Origin: Octopus vulgaris
Lineage: Eukaryota
DNA: 64,000 bases
NCBI GenBank assembly: GCA_951406725.2
Contig: OX597827.1
Span: 19,902,001-19,966,000, forward strand
Direction of reading: 5' to 3'
The notes beneath the pieces were generated by a model. It saw only the letters and a list, made by a program, of their open reading frames with translations, ran no database searches and had not been told where the DNA came from. Position numbers and translations under genes: made by a program. This document shows positions 51,760 through 64,000 of this stretch, piece after piece. Positions within the stretch are counted from its first letter, which is position 1. Each line of letters starts with the position of its first letter.

Positions 51760-53050
51760 GCTAAGAACGAGGGTTCAGTTTCAATTCACTGACACTAACT
51801 CGAAGCTCTTAGTTCCCAGCTATAAAACTAAAGTGACTTTCTGCCCAGTCAAACAAAAGACAATCTGTATTCGGTCTTCCGGCAAAGCCTTGAACATTTC
51901 AAGGACGACGGCAGACTCTAGCCCCTGCCTTGACGGCAGCTTGTAACGATTCTCGACGGAAGAAGCGATCTCCTGCGAAAAGCCAATAGCAGCAGATTAA
52001 ATACGGGAAAGATGCACGAAGCACAAATCATCCAATCTGGCTGATCTGGTCTACTCGTTTCACGAATACATACCAGGCTTGTTTAACGACCTGTTATCAG
52101 CAGAACTGAATGAGAGAATAAGCAGTGCTGTGATTTGTGATTTTCCTGAGAAAGGACGTCGACAAGATACCCATAACTCTGCTGGACACCGTTTCAGACT
52201 ATGGTCAAGATGTTAGTAAAAGAGTTGGTGTTTGTCGTCGGTGATTTAGTGAAGCAAACACAAACGCGTTCGACCCCGATCAGGTCTACCCAATACAAAC
52301 TTCACCTCATACAATATATTGGGATGCTTTGGAATAAATCTGGCTTCAGTGCGGTCCTAATCAGTTTGAATTAATCGAAAGCTCTCGATATGGTCGACCA
52401 CAGTTACTCGGAAATCGGCTTATTCCAGACCTGTTTATAGAAACTGAATCGCGTCCATTGACATTTGCTCGGAGGTCCGCAGCCTCACCTCTCACCTTTT
52501 CTGTATATTTTGGTTGAGATATTACTGTCAAAAAACGAAGCATTTGAGGGACATTCCTTTCGAACGGAGATGCGAGAGGGACATACCGGCGTCTGCGAAC
52601 GTCACCGTCATGGGTCGAATACCATCGAAGTGGAAACGGTCAGTACCCTTCTCAGGCGGCGAGCTGGCAGAAACGTTAGCACGCCGGGCGAAATGCTTTG
52701 CGGTATTTCGTCTGCGTTACGTTGTGAGTTCAAATTCCGCCGAGGTCGACTTTGCCTTTCATCCTTCCGGGGTCGATAAATTAAGTACCAGTTACGCACT
52801 GGGGTCGATGTAATCGACTTAATACCTATGTCTGTCCTTGTTTGTCCCCTCTGTGTTTAGCCCCTTGTGGGTAATAAAGAAATAGGTCAGTACCCTTCTC
52901 AATAAGTACAAAACTGTTGAAGGGGCAAAAGACAAGCCATACAAATCGATGGGTTTGCAGCTTGAGATCTGTCGTTATGGAGTGCTGGACTGGCGAACCG
53001 GTCACACTACTTGGGTCTGGTTTGATCCCAACCTACATCGTTCCTGTTGT
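51760..53050 (+). mobile_element. Degenerate L1/Tx1 RT remnant split by a SINE
   Basis: Frameshifted PITLLDT, AVLISLN*SKALDMVDHSY, LSPFLYIL, WTGEPVTLLG. Confidence 0.75.
52655..52884 (+). mobile_element. Full-length SINE family A (A1 tail)
   Basis: Perfect 17-bp TSD ggtcagtacccttctca (52638-52654, 52885-52901). Confidence 0.97.
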
Positions 53051-53319
53051 TGTTTATCACCCTGACCATGCTACCTTAATCCACTTCCGTCAGATCAGAT
53101 TCGGGCGTCTGCTTTTCGGATTCTTATTAAAGCGACACCTTTCATTGGTTAGCCATCTCATTTCATTGAAGAAACTGAAATCCTGAGTGAAGCAATGATT
53201 TGATGCATGGCATTTGGAATGTGGTCAGGATCTCGGCACTCAATACCAGTCGAATAATGGCATTTGCGGAAATTCCAGTCAAGTAATCTATAGAAAAACT
53301 AGTGGCGGTGAAGCGTGAC

Positions 53320-54830
53320 GATGTTTTCTGAGAAGGTATGGACATTGACAAATCTACTACATATTCCAAATTGTCCAGTCCATTCCCAGAAACTTTAGGG
53401 TTGCAAACTACTGTGGATAGTTCCCAATGCACCTATAACCACTGAGATATATATTTTCCATAGTCTCTGTAATTCAATGGTTATGTCCTGGTACTTTGCT
53501 ATTTTTTCTATACTTCTCATATTAATTTTTTCATCATTCCGGGTTGTAAAGTCTACTTTCTGACACTTTTTATTGCCTTTATCTACTACTACTACTACCA
53601 CCACCACCACCACCACCACCGCCACCGCCACCACCACCAAATCAAGCCTTCTAGCTTCTATTACTCTGTCAGTCTGAATGTTAAAGTCCCACAACAACTT
53701 GTATTTCTTACTTTCTAGTACTTTACTAATTTCAATTTCATACCATTTATCAGTATTTTCAGATCCTAACTTTCTACAAATCTCCCAGTGGATTATTCTC
53801 CCTACGTTGTCATGTCTTTTCTTGTATTCTTTCTGTGCCAGCATGCTACATTCACTTACTACATGAGTAACGCTTTCCACTTTTGATTTGCATATTCTAC
53901 ATTGGGATTCTACTTGGTTTTTGTCTATTTTGGCGTTTATCCAATTGGTCCTTTGTTTGTAGAATCTCTTCTGATCTACTCTGAATACCCTATTCTCCTG
54001 GTATCCCTTCATTCTTTGGTCTTACCATCTTTGCTTTCTTATCAATTAGGCGCTGTTTCGGTTCCTCCATAACCAGTTTCAGGCCCTTTCTTTCAATATC
54101 ACACTTCCTGTTCATTGCCCTGTATTTTTGTCCGCTTTTAAGCTCCCCCTTTTCTTTTCGGCCTAACACAGAGATGTCCTTCGAGAGCTTATCTAACCCC
54201 GCTTGTGTTCTTCTTTTCTACCATGGATCTTTTCTTTTGTCAATCTCATTATATTTCTTTTTCTTGACATCAACAACCACATTTTCTGCTACAACAATAC
54301 TTGCTGCCTTGATCGAATTATTTGTTTCTGTGATGCTTTTTGTCCTGATGTATTTCAGAATTCCATTAACATTTTTCGTTTCTTGGTTCAATTTCCGCCA
54401 ATCAACCTTTATAAGGTTGCAAATAATGTCGCTATAGTTCTCCTGTAGCCTTGCCTTTATTCTGTCGTAGACTGCCTTTTGCCCATCTGTCAGAACACCA
54501 TTAGTTTTATTGTCTTCTTCCAGACCATCTACACGCCTCTCATCGAGCAGCCTATCACTGTTCCTTTCCTGTGGTTTATTAAAGATCTCAAGACGTCGTA
54601 CAGTGTCCAATATCATGTCGTTGATTGAAGTTATTGTGTCTAGCAGGGGTTTGTACTGTTTGTCAAATCACAAGGACCTCAAACAGACAGTACTTTACAC
54701 AATATGCGTACAGTTGCGTACAGTTCCATGTAATGGCAACTTTGGCAATACACCTAGATTGTAGGGTACTTCTAAAGTTTCCAAATCCTTTTTTCAGACC
54801 GGGTGGTATTGAACCCAATGTTCAAATGAC
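53320..54830 (-). mobile_element. R4/Dong remnants: an RT-deleted copy (about 53320-54560) plus a separate 3' end fragment (about 54570-54830)
   Basis: DQKRFYKQ fused to CRICKSKVESVTHVVSEC..YKKRHDNV..LLWDFNIQTD..RLDLVV..VVIGALG. Confidence 0.9.
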
Positions 54831-54859
54831 TATTATTATTATCATTATTATTATTAAGA

Positions 54860-55058
54860 TGGCGATTTGGCAGAGCCGTTAGCACACCGGGCAAGACGCC
54901 TAGCGGCATTTGGTCCGTCTTTACGTTCTGAGTTCAAATTCCGCCCAGGTCGACTTAGCTTTTCATCCTCTTCGGGGTCGAAAAATCAAATACGAGTTGA
55001 GCGATCGACTGTCGCCCTCCCCACGAAATCCAGGCCTTGTGCCTATAGCAGAAAGGAT
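54860..55058 (+). mobile_element. SINE family A (A2 tail)
   Basis: gagttcaaattccgcccaggtcgac; ccaggccttgtgcctatagcagaaagg. Confidence 0.88.
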
Positions 55059-55319
55059 CATCATCAACATCATCATCATCATCGTCGTACTCAATTTGTG
55101 TCTATTTTGACATTAAATACTTAACCAGTCTTCGTCGTCTTGTCTCTCTTACAATGAATGCGAAAGTAAATGCTTCTGTAGTTGTATGCGCGCTGTGTGT
55201 GTGTGTGTGTGTGTGTGTGTTTCCTATGGATGTTATTTTTATTCGCTTTTGCTGCTGCTGCTGATTCTGTTTGTTTATGGATTGACAAATAGTTGATAAT
55301 CAGTTATATACAAAAGCGC

Positions 55320-55375
55320 GGGAACACACATATGTATATACACACACATATGTGTGTACACATGCATATGTAACC

Positions 55376-55428
<53 letters not shown>

Positions 55429-55501
55429 ACAATTTAACAAATAAGACATTTGCATATATACATATATGCATATAACTACATCTATATGTATATATACATG
55501 C

Positions 55502-55561
<60 letters not shown>

Positions 55562-55618
55562 GAGTACAGGATACCACAAATGAACGTAGAACACAACGAG
55601 AAACGAATATATATATAT

Positions 55619-55662
<44 letters not shown>

Positions 55663-56217
55663 GTGTGCGTGTATACATATGACTATATATATGTGTATAC
55701 TGTGTGTGTGTGTGAGTACATATGTGTGTGTATGTATGTATGTATGTACGTATATATGCAACACAAAGACGTATGTATATATAAATATATATATATATAC
55801 TAAGGTTGATATTTGTAAAGCTGCACGCAGATGCACGTTTACAAATGTGTATGCGTGTGTGTGTATGCGTGTGTGTGAATGTGTGTGTGTGTGAGTGTGT
55901 GGAGGAGGGGTGTGAATGTCCTTTTATGTATGAGATGGTTGGAGAGAGCGAATGTGAAGAGTAAGGAGAGGGCGTCAAGTAAGAATAGAGAGCCATATAA
56001 GTTGAATATAGAAGTAAAAACAAAACTAGTGATGATGATGATGATGATGATAACAACAACAACGACAATAATTATAGTCATAATTTTAGTATTAGCCATA
56101 AGAGAGAGAGAGAGGGAGATAAGGAGAGGGAGATCAAAATTTACGATTAACTCTATTCACCTATATTTATGTACGACACACAGACCGTTTATAAAAACCG
56201 CGAAAGGTAGAGAAATA

Positions 56218-56248
<31 letters not shown>

Positions 56249-56526
56249 CACACGTAGGCACATACAGAAATGGACGCATGCGTATAGACACATTGGTACA
56301 TATAAATATGTATGCATTTGCGAGTATATATATAAATATATATATATTTGTGTGTATGTGTGTGTATATATATATATGTGTATATATATATGTATATATA
56401 TATATATATGTATATATATATGTGTGTATGTATATATGTATATATATGTATATGCATATGTATGTATATGTATATATGTATATATATGTATATATATATG
56501 TATATATATATGTATATATATATGTG

Positions 56527-56557
<31 letters not shown>

Positions 56558-56724
56558 GTGTGTATATATATGTATATATATATATATATGTGTATATATA
56601 TGTATATGTATATATATGTGTATATGTATATATATATATATATGTGTATATATATGTATATGTATATATATGTGTATATGTATATATGTATATATATATA
56701 TGTGTATATATATATGTGTATATA

Positions 56725-56755
<31 letters not shown>

Positions 56756-57364
56756 GTGTATATATATATGTGTATATATATATGTGTATATATATATATA
56801 TATGTATATATGTATATATATACATATATATATATATACACACATATACATATATATATATATATACACACATATACCCATTCATACATGCAGTTACACG
56901 GCGGCCATGTTTGCAACTGATACAATACCTGGAATCTTTTCTACTTGAAGCTGATACACTAAACAACGAAAATGGCCTCAGGAATCACATAAAAATAGAT
57001 TCTCTTGAGAAATGCAACCTTCACGTGCATGCATACACATGCATATAGACGCACACAAATAACATACAGACATGTAGAAACATAAATAGATAGATGCGTA
57101 CATGCATACATACATGTAGATGCGTAGACACATACATACGTACATACATACAGCTTGCTAAAGAATAAACAAACAGCATAAAAACAGTTTGAAATATATT
57201 GAGAGGGGGAGGGGTTGGGGGAGGGTAGAGTAAGGGTGGTAAGGGGAGGGGGAGTAAGGGGGAATGGGTGTGAGGGAGGAAAAGAAGAAAGAGAGAGAGA
57301 GAGACAAGGAAGGGGGAACAAAAAATAACATGACTTAACAGAGATGTATAAAATATACACCAAT

Positions 57365-57396
<32 letters not shown>

Positions 57397-57535
57397 TAAT
57401 AATAATAATTAGTAATAATAATAATAGTAATAATAGTAATAATAATAATAGTAATAATAATAATAATAATAATAATAGTAATAATAATAATTATAATAAT
57501 AATAGTAATAATAGTAATAATAATAATAACAACAC
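55320..57535. repeat. (TA)n/(TG)n fields and a (TAA)n tract at 57363-57535
   Basis: Directly visible. Confidence 0.92.
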
Positions 57536-58012
57536 TACTGATTGCTAATCATCCATCAAGCCAGAGCAGATGCAGGGCGTCAAATACGCTAAAACATACT
57601 TACATATGTCTATGCGACCACATGCACGAAAATATTTATGCATGTGTAATCGTAAATAAGTACACATCTAAGCACAATGTGTGGGGATGCGTGCGTGTGT
57701 GTGTGCGTGTGTGTGCATATAGTGGAGGTGGTCGGGAAGCGGTCCTGCCTCTACATGTTAGTTGCCAAGAGAACACCACATTAGAGGCTCATGGGAAGCG
57801 AGAGTGAGTAGGGTCAGGATGGAGCATGCCATGTGACATCCGTAATAATGGTCAAGCCAAATTCAGATGAAATATTAAGGTTTATCAATGGCGAATAATC
57901 TATATTTGAAACGAAAAGATCTCTCTTCTTGTTGGTGCAGTAATAGTAATTTTAATTATTTTAATATATCCACGTTCAAGGATATGAACCCAGGGTGTTC
58001 ATATACAGTGAA

Positions 58013-58350
58013 GGCGCATGGCTCAGTGGTTAGAGCGTCGAGCTTACGATCGTGAGGTTGTGAGTTCGAATCCCGGACCGGGCTGCGTGTTGTGTTCTTG
58101 AGCAGGACACTTTATTTCACGTTGCTCCAGTTAACTTAGCTGTAGAAATGAGTTGCGACGTCACGGGTGCCAAGCTGTATCGGCCTCTTTGTCTTTCCCT
58201 TGGATAACACGGGTGGCGTGGAGAGGGGAGGCTGGTATGCATGGGCGACTGCTGGTCTCCCATAAAACCACCTTGCCCAGACTTGTGACTTTGAGGGTAA
58301 CTTTCTAGATGCAATCCCATGGTCAATGTCGTGACCGAAGGGTGTCCCGA
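58013..58350 (+). mobile_element. tRNA(Arg)-like SINE family D (CORE-like body)
   Basis: A box tggctcagtgg, ACG anticodon-like loop, B box gttcgaatcc, gtgttcttgagcaggacacttta; possible TSD catatacag. Confidence 0.88.
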
Positions 58351-59085
58351 TCCCCGATCCATATACAGGACTAAATTCGACAGTTTGCATAAAAGGAAAA
58401 TATAACACATTGTCCCATTCAAAAATGAAAGTATTTCTTTTAATCCAAAAATATCAACAAGATGACGGCTGGGAGATAACAGTTTATTCAAAGTAACAGC
58501 CCTCAGCTTCCACCGCGGCCTCAAGATCTCGCTCTCGCCAGCTCGGTTTTTGGTGTTGGCGGTTGAACAGTTGAAGTCTTTCTCAATCGCACCCCCACCC
58601 GGCAAAGAAATCTATGGGGTTATGATTGAGGGAATTAGGAGGCCAGAAATTGGGGCTGGTGAAGTTGTAGGAATTCCCGAGCAACCACTTCTGATTTTTT
58701 TTCGGAAGTATGGTAAGAAGACAAATCCTGCTGCTACACATGTGGCCTTCCACCAACGACCCTCTCCACCCAGTCTGACATTGACTACAGTCTCCAGCAG
58801 CTTCGCATGGCCGTCTGAATTGAGCCTAAGGCATTGTCCAAAGATGTGGGGCCGCATGACGTCCCTCTCCCATCCTGCTTCATAATCTTTTCCCGGTCAT
58901 GTTTTACAACCTTTCCAGGGTTCACAGAGCATTCGGCAGCAATCGTGATGTCGGCATTTTGATATCCGGTGCGAATCATCATGACACGGGTAACTCTTTC
59001 CCAATATTCAGATGATTTCCCGTCAGATGATGTCAGTAAACTTTGTCTCACCTCCAACTTTAACCTTTATGCTCTCCAACGCCAT

Positions 59086-59488
59086 TTTTACTCTTTATTT
59101 GTTTTAGTCATTTGACTGCGGCCATGCTGGAGCACCGACTTTAGTCGAGCAAATCGACCCCAGAGCTTATTCTTTGTAAGCCTAGTACTTATTCTATCGG
59201 TCTCTTTTGCCGAACCGCTAAGTGACGGGTACGTGAACACACCAGCATCGGTTGTCAAGCAATGCTAGGGAGACAAACACAGACAAACATATACACATAC
59301 ATATACATATATATATACATATATACGACGGGCTTCTTTCAGTATCCGTCTACCAAATCCACTCACAAGGCTTTGGTCGGCCCGAGGCTATAGTAGAAGA
59401 CACTTGCCCAAGGTTCCACGCAGCGGGACTGAACCCGGGACCATGTGGTTGGTAAGCAAGCTACTTACCATACAGCTACTTCTACACC
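59086..59488 (-). mobile_element. Full-length SINE family B
   Basis: Colinear with the other B copies. Confidence 0.95.
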
Positions 59489-59966
59489 TATGACTTTTCA
59501 CCAATCACATTGAACATTTCTTGAAAGAAGGGGACATAAATATCGTCAAATTTATTCAGAACACCCTGTAGATGTACGGATATATATATATATATCTGGA
59601 CCTCTCTGCCAACCGGGATCTCACCTGGCAAGGGCCGTAACTCAAGCCTAGCCCAACAGCTGCTGCTGCTGCACTCTATAAGTCTTAAGTGAGGGCCACA
59701 ATGGACTCCAGAAGATGGGGCGTGTCTTCTCTATGACTTTCATACCGCTACTATTAGCGATCTCGATTTAGAAACGCGCGCGCGCACGCGACGTACTTCT
59801 GTGTATGTGTGATTATTATTCGAGAAATTCTCCCTCTCCTCCCCTCCTCTCTCTCTCTCTCTCTTACTGTTCATATATACATATACATATAATATATATT
59901 ACATATATATATATAATATATATCATACACATGCATACATACGTACATACATACATACATAAATAC

Positions 59967-60007
<41 letters not shown>

Positions 60008-60110
60008 CATACACATGCATACATACATACATATATATATTATATCATACACATGCATACATACATATGTTTGTATGTATGTATGTATGTATGCATGTGT
60101 ATGATATAAT

Positions 60111-60161
<51 letters not shown>

Positions 60162-60220
60162 GTATGATGTAATTATATATATATGTGTGTGTATGTATGT
60201 ATGTATGTGTATGATGTAAT

Positions 60221-60275
<55 letters not shown>

Positions 60276-60878
60276 ATGCATGTGTATGATATAATATAAC
60301 ATAATACAATATAATATGGAAGTGCGGAGGTAAGTGCATTACGGAGCTATTATCGCATATGAGTGTCTCTCCGACTCCATCTCCGTCCGTCACCTGTAAG
60401 TGAGGCTTATTAATAGAATGAGAACCGCCTGAAATTCCTCAGTAACTCTAGCAAACAGGAGAGAAATATGAGTGGGGACATATCGAGTTGCTGTGAGACG
60501 TATGTCTGTAAAAACTGGCATCTTTTCTAGGGTGCAGATGGAAGCAGCAATAACAACGACGACGACGACGATGATTATATCTCCTGTCGGTCTCAAGGGC
60601 CCAAGACATGGAGGACCAAATACGTGAGGACCCAAGATCTGACGTTTACATCGATCAAAAGGAAATCAACAACAATAATTATATATAACAAAAAAAAATA
60701 TAAGAAAAAAATTCCAAAACAGAAAACGTCAGCAAAAAAATTGCCCTGCAGCATCGCAGACCACTGAGAGTAATTCAGGGAAAACCACAAGCGAAAAGGC
60801 TCGAGATACTCGGCCATCTGCTAGGCATCGAAAGTGGCGCCGTTTCCCAATTTCTTACCTCTTAATTACAAAAGCATT

Positions 60879-61289
60879 GGATCTTTTCGGTTTGAACGAC
60901 AGTTTTTTCTAGCGGTGTCATATGAAATTGTCACCCATAATTATGACCCTAGTATCGATCTATTGCATTTCTATCTGTTTTAGGGTTAGGGGTGGGGGAA
61001 AGGGTATCTTTTTTTTTCACAAATGTAAATAAACCCAATCTGTTTCTTAAACGAGGAACATATTCATACGGCACAATGTTTTTTTTTACCTCAATAGATG
61101 TCATTGATTGGTTGAAATTGCAGAAATTGAAGAAAAAAAACAACAAATATCTTACAAACTATAGAATTTTCTCAATAAAGCCAAGAGAAAAAGATGTTTT
61201 ATAAACACATTCTACCAGTACACGAAGTTTAAAAGTGTTTAGTTACCTAGAAATTATGTTAAAAACTGCCGTTCAAACCGAAAAGATCC
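60879..61289. mobile_element. Second copy of the Merlin-like MITE
   Basis: Same TIRs; 8-bp TSD aaagcatt/aaatcatt (one mismatch). Confidence 0.9.
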
Positions 61290-61341
61290 AAATCATTTTC
61301 AGTATTTAGGCCATTCAGTCTCATCAGTCTTGGCACTCTTG

Positions 61342-61417
<76 letters not shown>

Positions 61418-61615
61418 TACTGCGTTTGCAGGTAGTTTTTGAAGACGCTGATAAGAATCTGGAAAGAGAGGAAAAGCCTGTTACTAATTTAGATACAAAA
61501 TTAAGTACGTTTAGCGGAGAGGAGCTAGTGATATTAAATTGCCTAACTCCGTCTCCAAAATGTTCAAGCTTGGTTTCCAAGCTAAAAACTATTATTATTA
61601 TTATTATTATCATTA

Positions 61616-61664
<49 letters not shown>

Positions 61665-61689
61665 TACTACTGTTATTATTAATATAAAC

Positions 61690-61905
61690 ACGGCCAGCTG
61701 GCAGAGCCGCTAGCACGCCGGAAAAAATACTTAGCAGTATTTCGTCCCGTCTTTACGTTCTGGGTTCAAATTCCGCCGAGGTCGACTTTGCCATTCATCC
61801 TTTCGGAGTTGATAAATTAACTACCAGTTGAGTAATGGGGTCGATGTGATCGACTGTTCCCCTCCCCACAAAATCCAGGCCTTATGCCTATAGTAGAAAA
61901 GATTA
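61690..61905 (+). mobile_element. SINE family A (A2 tail) between (ATT)n tracts
   Basis: Standard head, body and tail. Confidence 0.9.
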
Positions 61906-62109
61906 TCATTATTATTATTATTATTATTCCTTCGTAGGTAAAAATGCACCGGAGTCTTTACTCATCTGATCTCTCTTTATATCTGTAAACCATTTACAAT
62001 GCTCAGCAATTTCAAACTATTTAACCAATCAAAAAGGTAAAAAGGGGTTAATGCCAGAGGTTTCTCCTTTCCAAGCAACTTATTCCTAAATTAAAGTAAA
62101 TTTCTTACG

Positions 62110-62416
62110 TGACATTTGAGTGGCAAACCCACAATTTACCGAACGAGTTCCTATCCTCCGAAAAGCTCTATCTACGACGATGTTCATCTCAATCGAAGGA
62201 GAGGGGCTTTCTCCGTCCGGGTTGCGGATCCGTGGAATAAGCTGCCGGACGAGATAGTGAAGATGCCGACGAACGCTCGGTTCAAAGTCTCTTTTGACCG
62301 GAAATGGCCTGAGCTCTTTGTATGACCATCCTCCCTGTACATAACTCCCTGTACCCCTACATGGCCTTGCTTTTGCTTTTTGAGCCAATAAAAATTAAAT
62401 TAAATTAAATTAAATT
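62110..62416 (+). mobile_element. CR1-clade LINE 3' end
   Basis: RRGAFSVRVADPWNKLP motif, AATAAA, (TAAAT)n tail. Confidence 0.88.
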
Positions 62417-62787
62417 TAAAATTATCAAGCATCGACGCAATACACCAGCCCCTCTCCCCTCTCACCTTTCCTTCCCTTACATCTTTCTATTTTACTCTCA
62501 ATCTGCTCCCTCACTGTTAATATATCCCTCACGCTTCTCCAGCTTCTAATTATCATAATATATTAAATGTTTTTTTCAATATTTCTTCCCTGCCAAGTCT
62601 TAATAGTGAACGAATGCTATTATAACAAAGGTGTTAGGCTTAGAAGCGATGCACGTCATCAGTTTTCGACTCGTATCAAACAGAACAAACAATTCTCAAT
62701 CTTTGTTATAGTGTTCGCGTAAATGGCACCGGGACAGGATAGTTTGCAGTAGCATCGTATGAATTATTATAAGGATGTTAAACTAAA

Positions 62788-63100
62788 CTAGCACTATGAC
62801 CCGGCAACATGCGAGTACTGTCCAAATCACCGACCAATCACATACAGCTAGCTGGCATTCAATTGGCGTATCAAGTTTCGGGAATTTTGATTGGGTTTTG
62901 GATAGAAAATTCACAAAAAAGTCACTTCTATTGATTTTTTAATGGCTTTGATGGGTGACTGGGGAAATGTAAAGATGTACACGACCACCCTTGGACGGTT
63001 TTGAATGACCATAGAAAGTGCGAGCCCTCTAACTGAAAAATTGTGGATTTGTATAAAGGACACACACACAGACAGACATTTTGCCGTTTATATATAGAGA
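62788..63100 (-). mobile_element. Complete non-autonomous Helitron-like element, family H1
   Basis: Minus strand TC(TCTATATATA)...gttgccgggtcatagtgCTAG between A and T. Confidence 0.85.
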
Positions 63101-63189
63101 TAATATTTTGAAAGCATTTAATACGGACATTTCAGATCATTGCTCAACTGGTTATGGTCAAACAACTGACAAGCAAATCTGCGGTATTG

Positions 63190-63470
63190 AGCAGATGGTT
63201 TATCTGACCATTTCCTTTTCCTAAATCGTAAGCAATTTTAACTTTCCGTAGCATCACAGTGAGCGGTGCCGTAGCCAATACGAAGAGTAATGGAGATAAG
63301 CTATCACCTCGGAATATTCTACGTCTGATGTTCACTTTTCCGAGTTTTCGTTTTCCTCCGATCAATTCAGTATTCCAATGTTTCATATTTTCTTTCACCA
63401 TTTTCTCTGGGGGTTTTTTTGGTTTTTTTGTTACTCCAAACATGGTCATTGTTTTACGTATTCAACTGTA
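63190..63470 (-). mobile_element. R4/Dong RT fragment, near-identical to 36980-37240
   Basis: KVNIRRRIFRGDSLSPLLFVLA. Confidence 0.9.
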
Positions 63471-63479
63471 CTTAACAAC

Positions 63480-64000
63480 TGTCTCCAGCACCTCAACTGA
63501 TCGAGAGGCGGCATGATATGACCATTGTTATTTGCCATCCTAAAACCATTACAGCAACGGCCATTTTAGTGTGCATCGCGCCAGGAACACCAAAATGTTG
63601 TGTACATAACCATCTGCCATTTTTCTTCTTAGACTTTTGATATTTGTCAAAGCTTCTCTCATCAGAGAAGAACCAAAGCGGGACAAGTTCGTCGTTGGGT
63701 GGTTTCAAGCTCGTTAACTAACCGTTTGACACGGATCAAACGGTTTTCCCGTGTCTTTGCAGACATGAATTGGCCCCTATTCATAGCATACAACTTGTAT
63801 CGAATGTCCTTATGTACCACAGTCCTGACTGTCCACTCCGACGCCTGAAGTTCTTTGACGATGTCCTTCATTGAATTTCTGGGTCCATCATCCATAACGT
63901 TTTGAATGCAGTGGATAAACTGCAGTGTTCTTATAGTGTCTGGATGTTTAGAATATTTCGCATCTTTGATACAGATGAAGTTCTATCGAACTTTGTGTGC
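63480..64000 (-). mobile_element. Tc1/mariner (maT-like) transposase fragment, cut by the window edge
   Basis: HTH (SMKDIVKELQASEWTVRTVVHKDIRY) and first catalytic motif LWFFSDE. Confidence 0.85.

Larger units (their letters stand above)
57991..59568 (-). mobile_element. Internally deleted Tc1/mariner (maT/DD37D-like) element carrying two SINE insertions
   Basis: TA-CAGGGTGTTC terminus at 59568 and a partner cagggtgttc at 57991; QQD..YHTS and FWPPNS..NPIDFF motifs. Confidence 0.75.

Overview
Eukaryotic, AT-rich, microsatellite- and transposon-dense genomic DNA. The SINE families and repeat landscape suggest a coleoid cephalopod, most likely Octopus (inference). Nearly all ORFs in the supplied track are microsatellite artefacts. 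The only host coding sequence I can support is two + strand exons (35121-35532 and 42830-42888) of a vesicular monoamine transporter (SLC18A/VMAT) gene. I could not find its flanking exons, so the window appears to be almost entirely intronic. The introns hold many tRNA-derived SINEs, remnants of R4/Dong, CR1, RTE and L1/Tx1 LINEs, Tc1/mariner remnants, Helitron-type elements, two MITE copies with 8-bp TSDs and a 1.5-kb satellite of a 20-bp unit. Highlights: (1) a set of Type I hammerhead-ribozyme-like motifs, two with intact catalytic cores, often tied to inverted repeats or palindromes and mostly antisense to VMAT; (2) a 357-bp nested foldback element with a crippled hammerhead at its centre; (3) a near-perfect inverted repeat with 383-bp arms; (4) a SINE subfamily whose 3' tail matches the local L1/Tx1 LINE end and which appears to insert at GGT, including into its own family; (5) LINE copies with internal deletions of the RT. 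Coordinates of degenerate TE remnants are approximate. No database search or folding computation was run.
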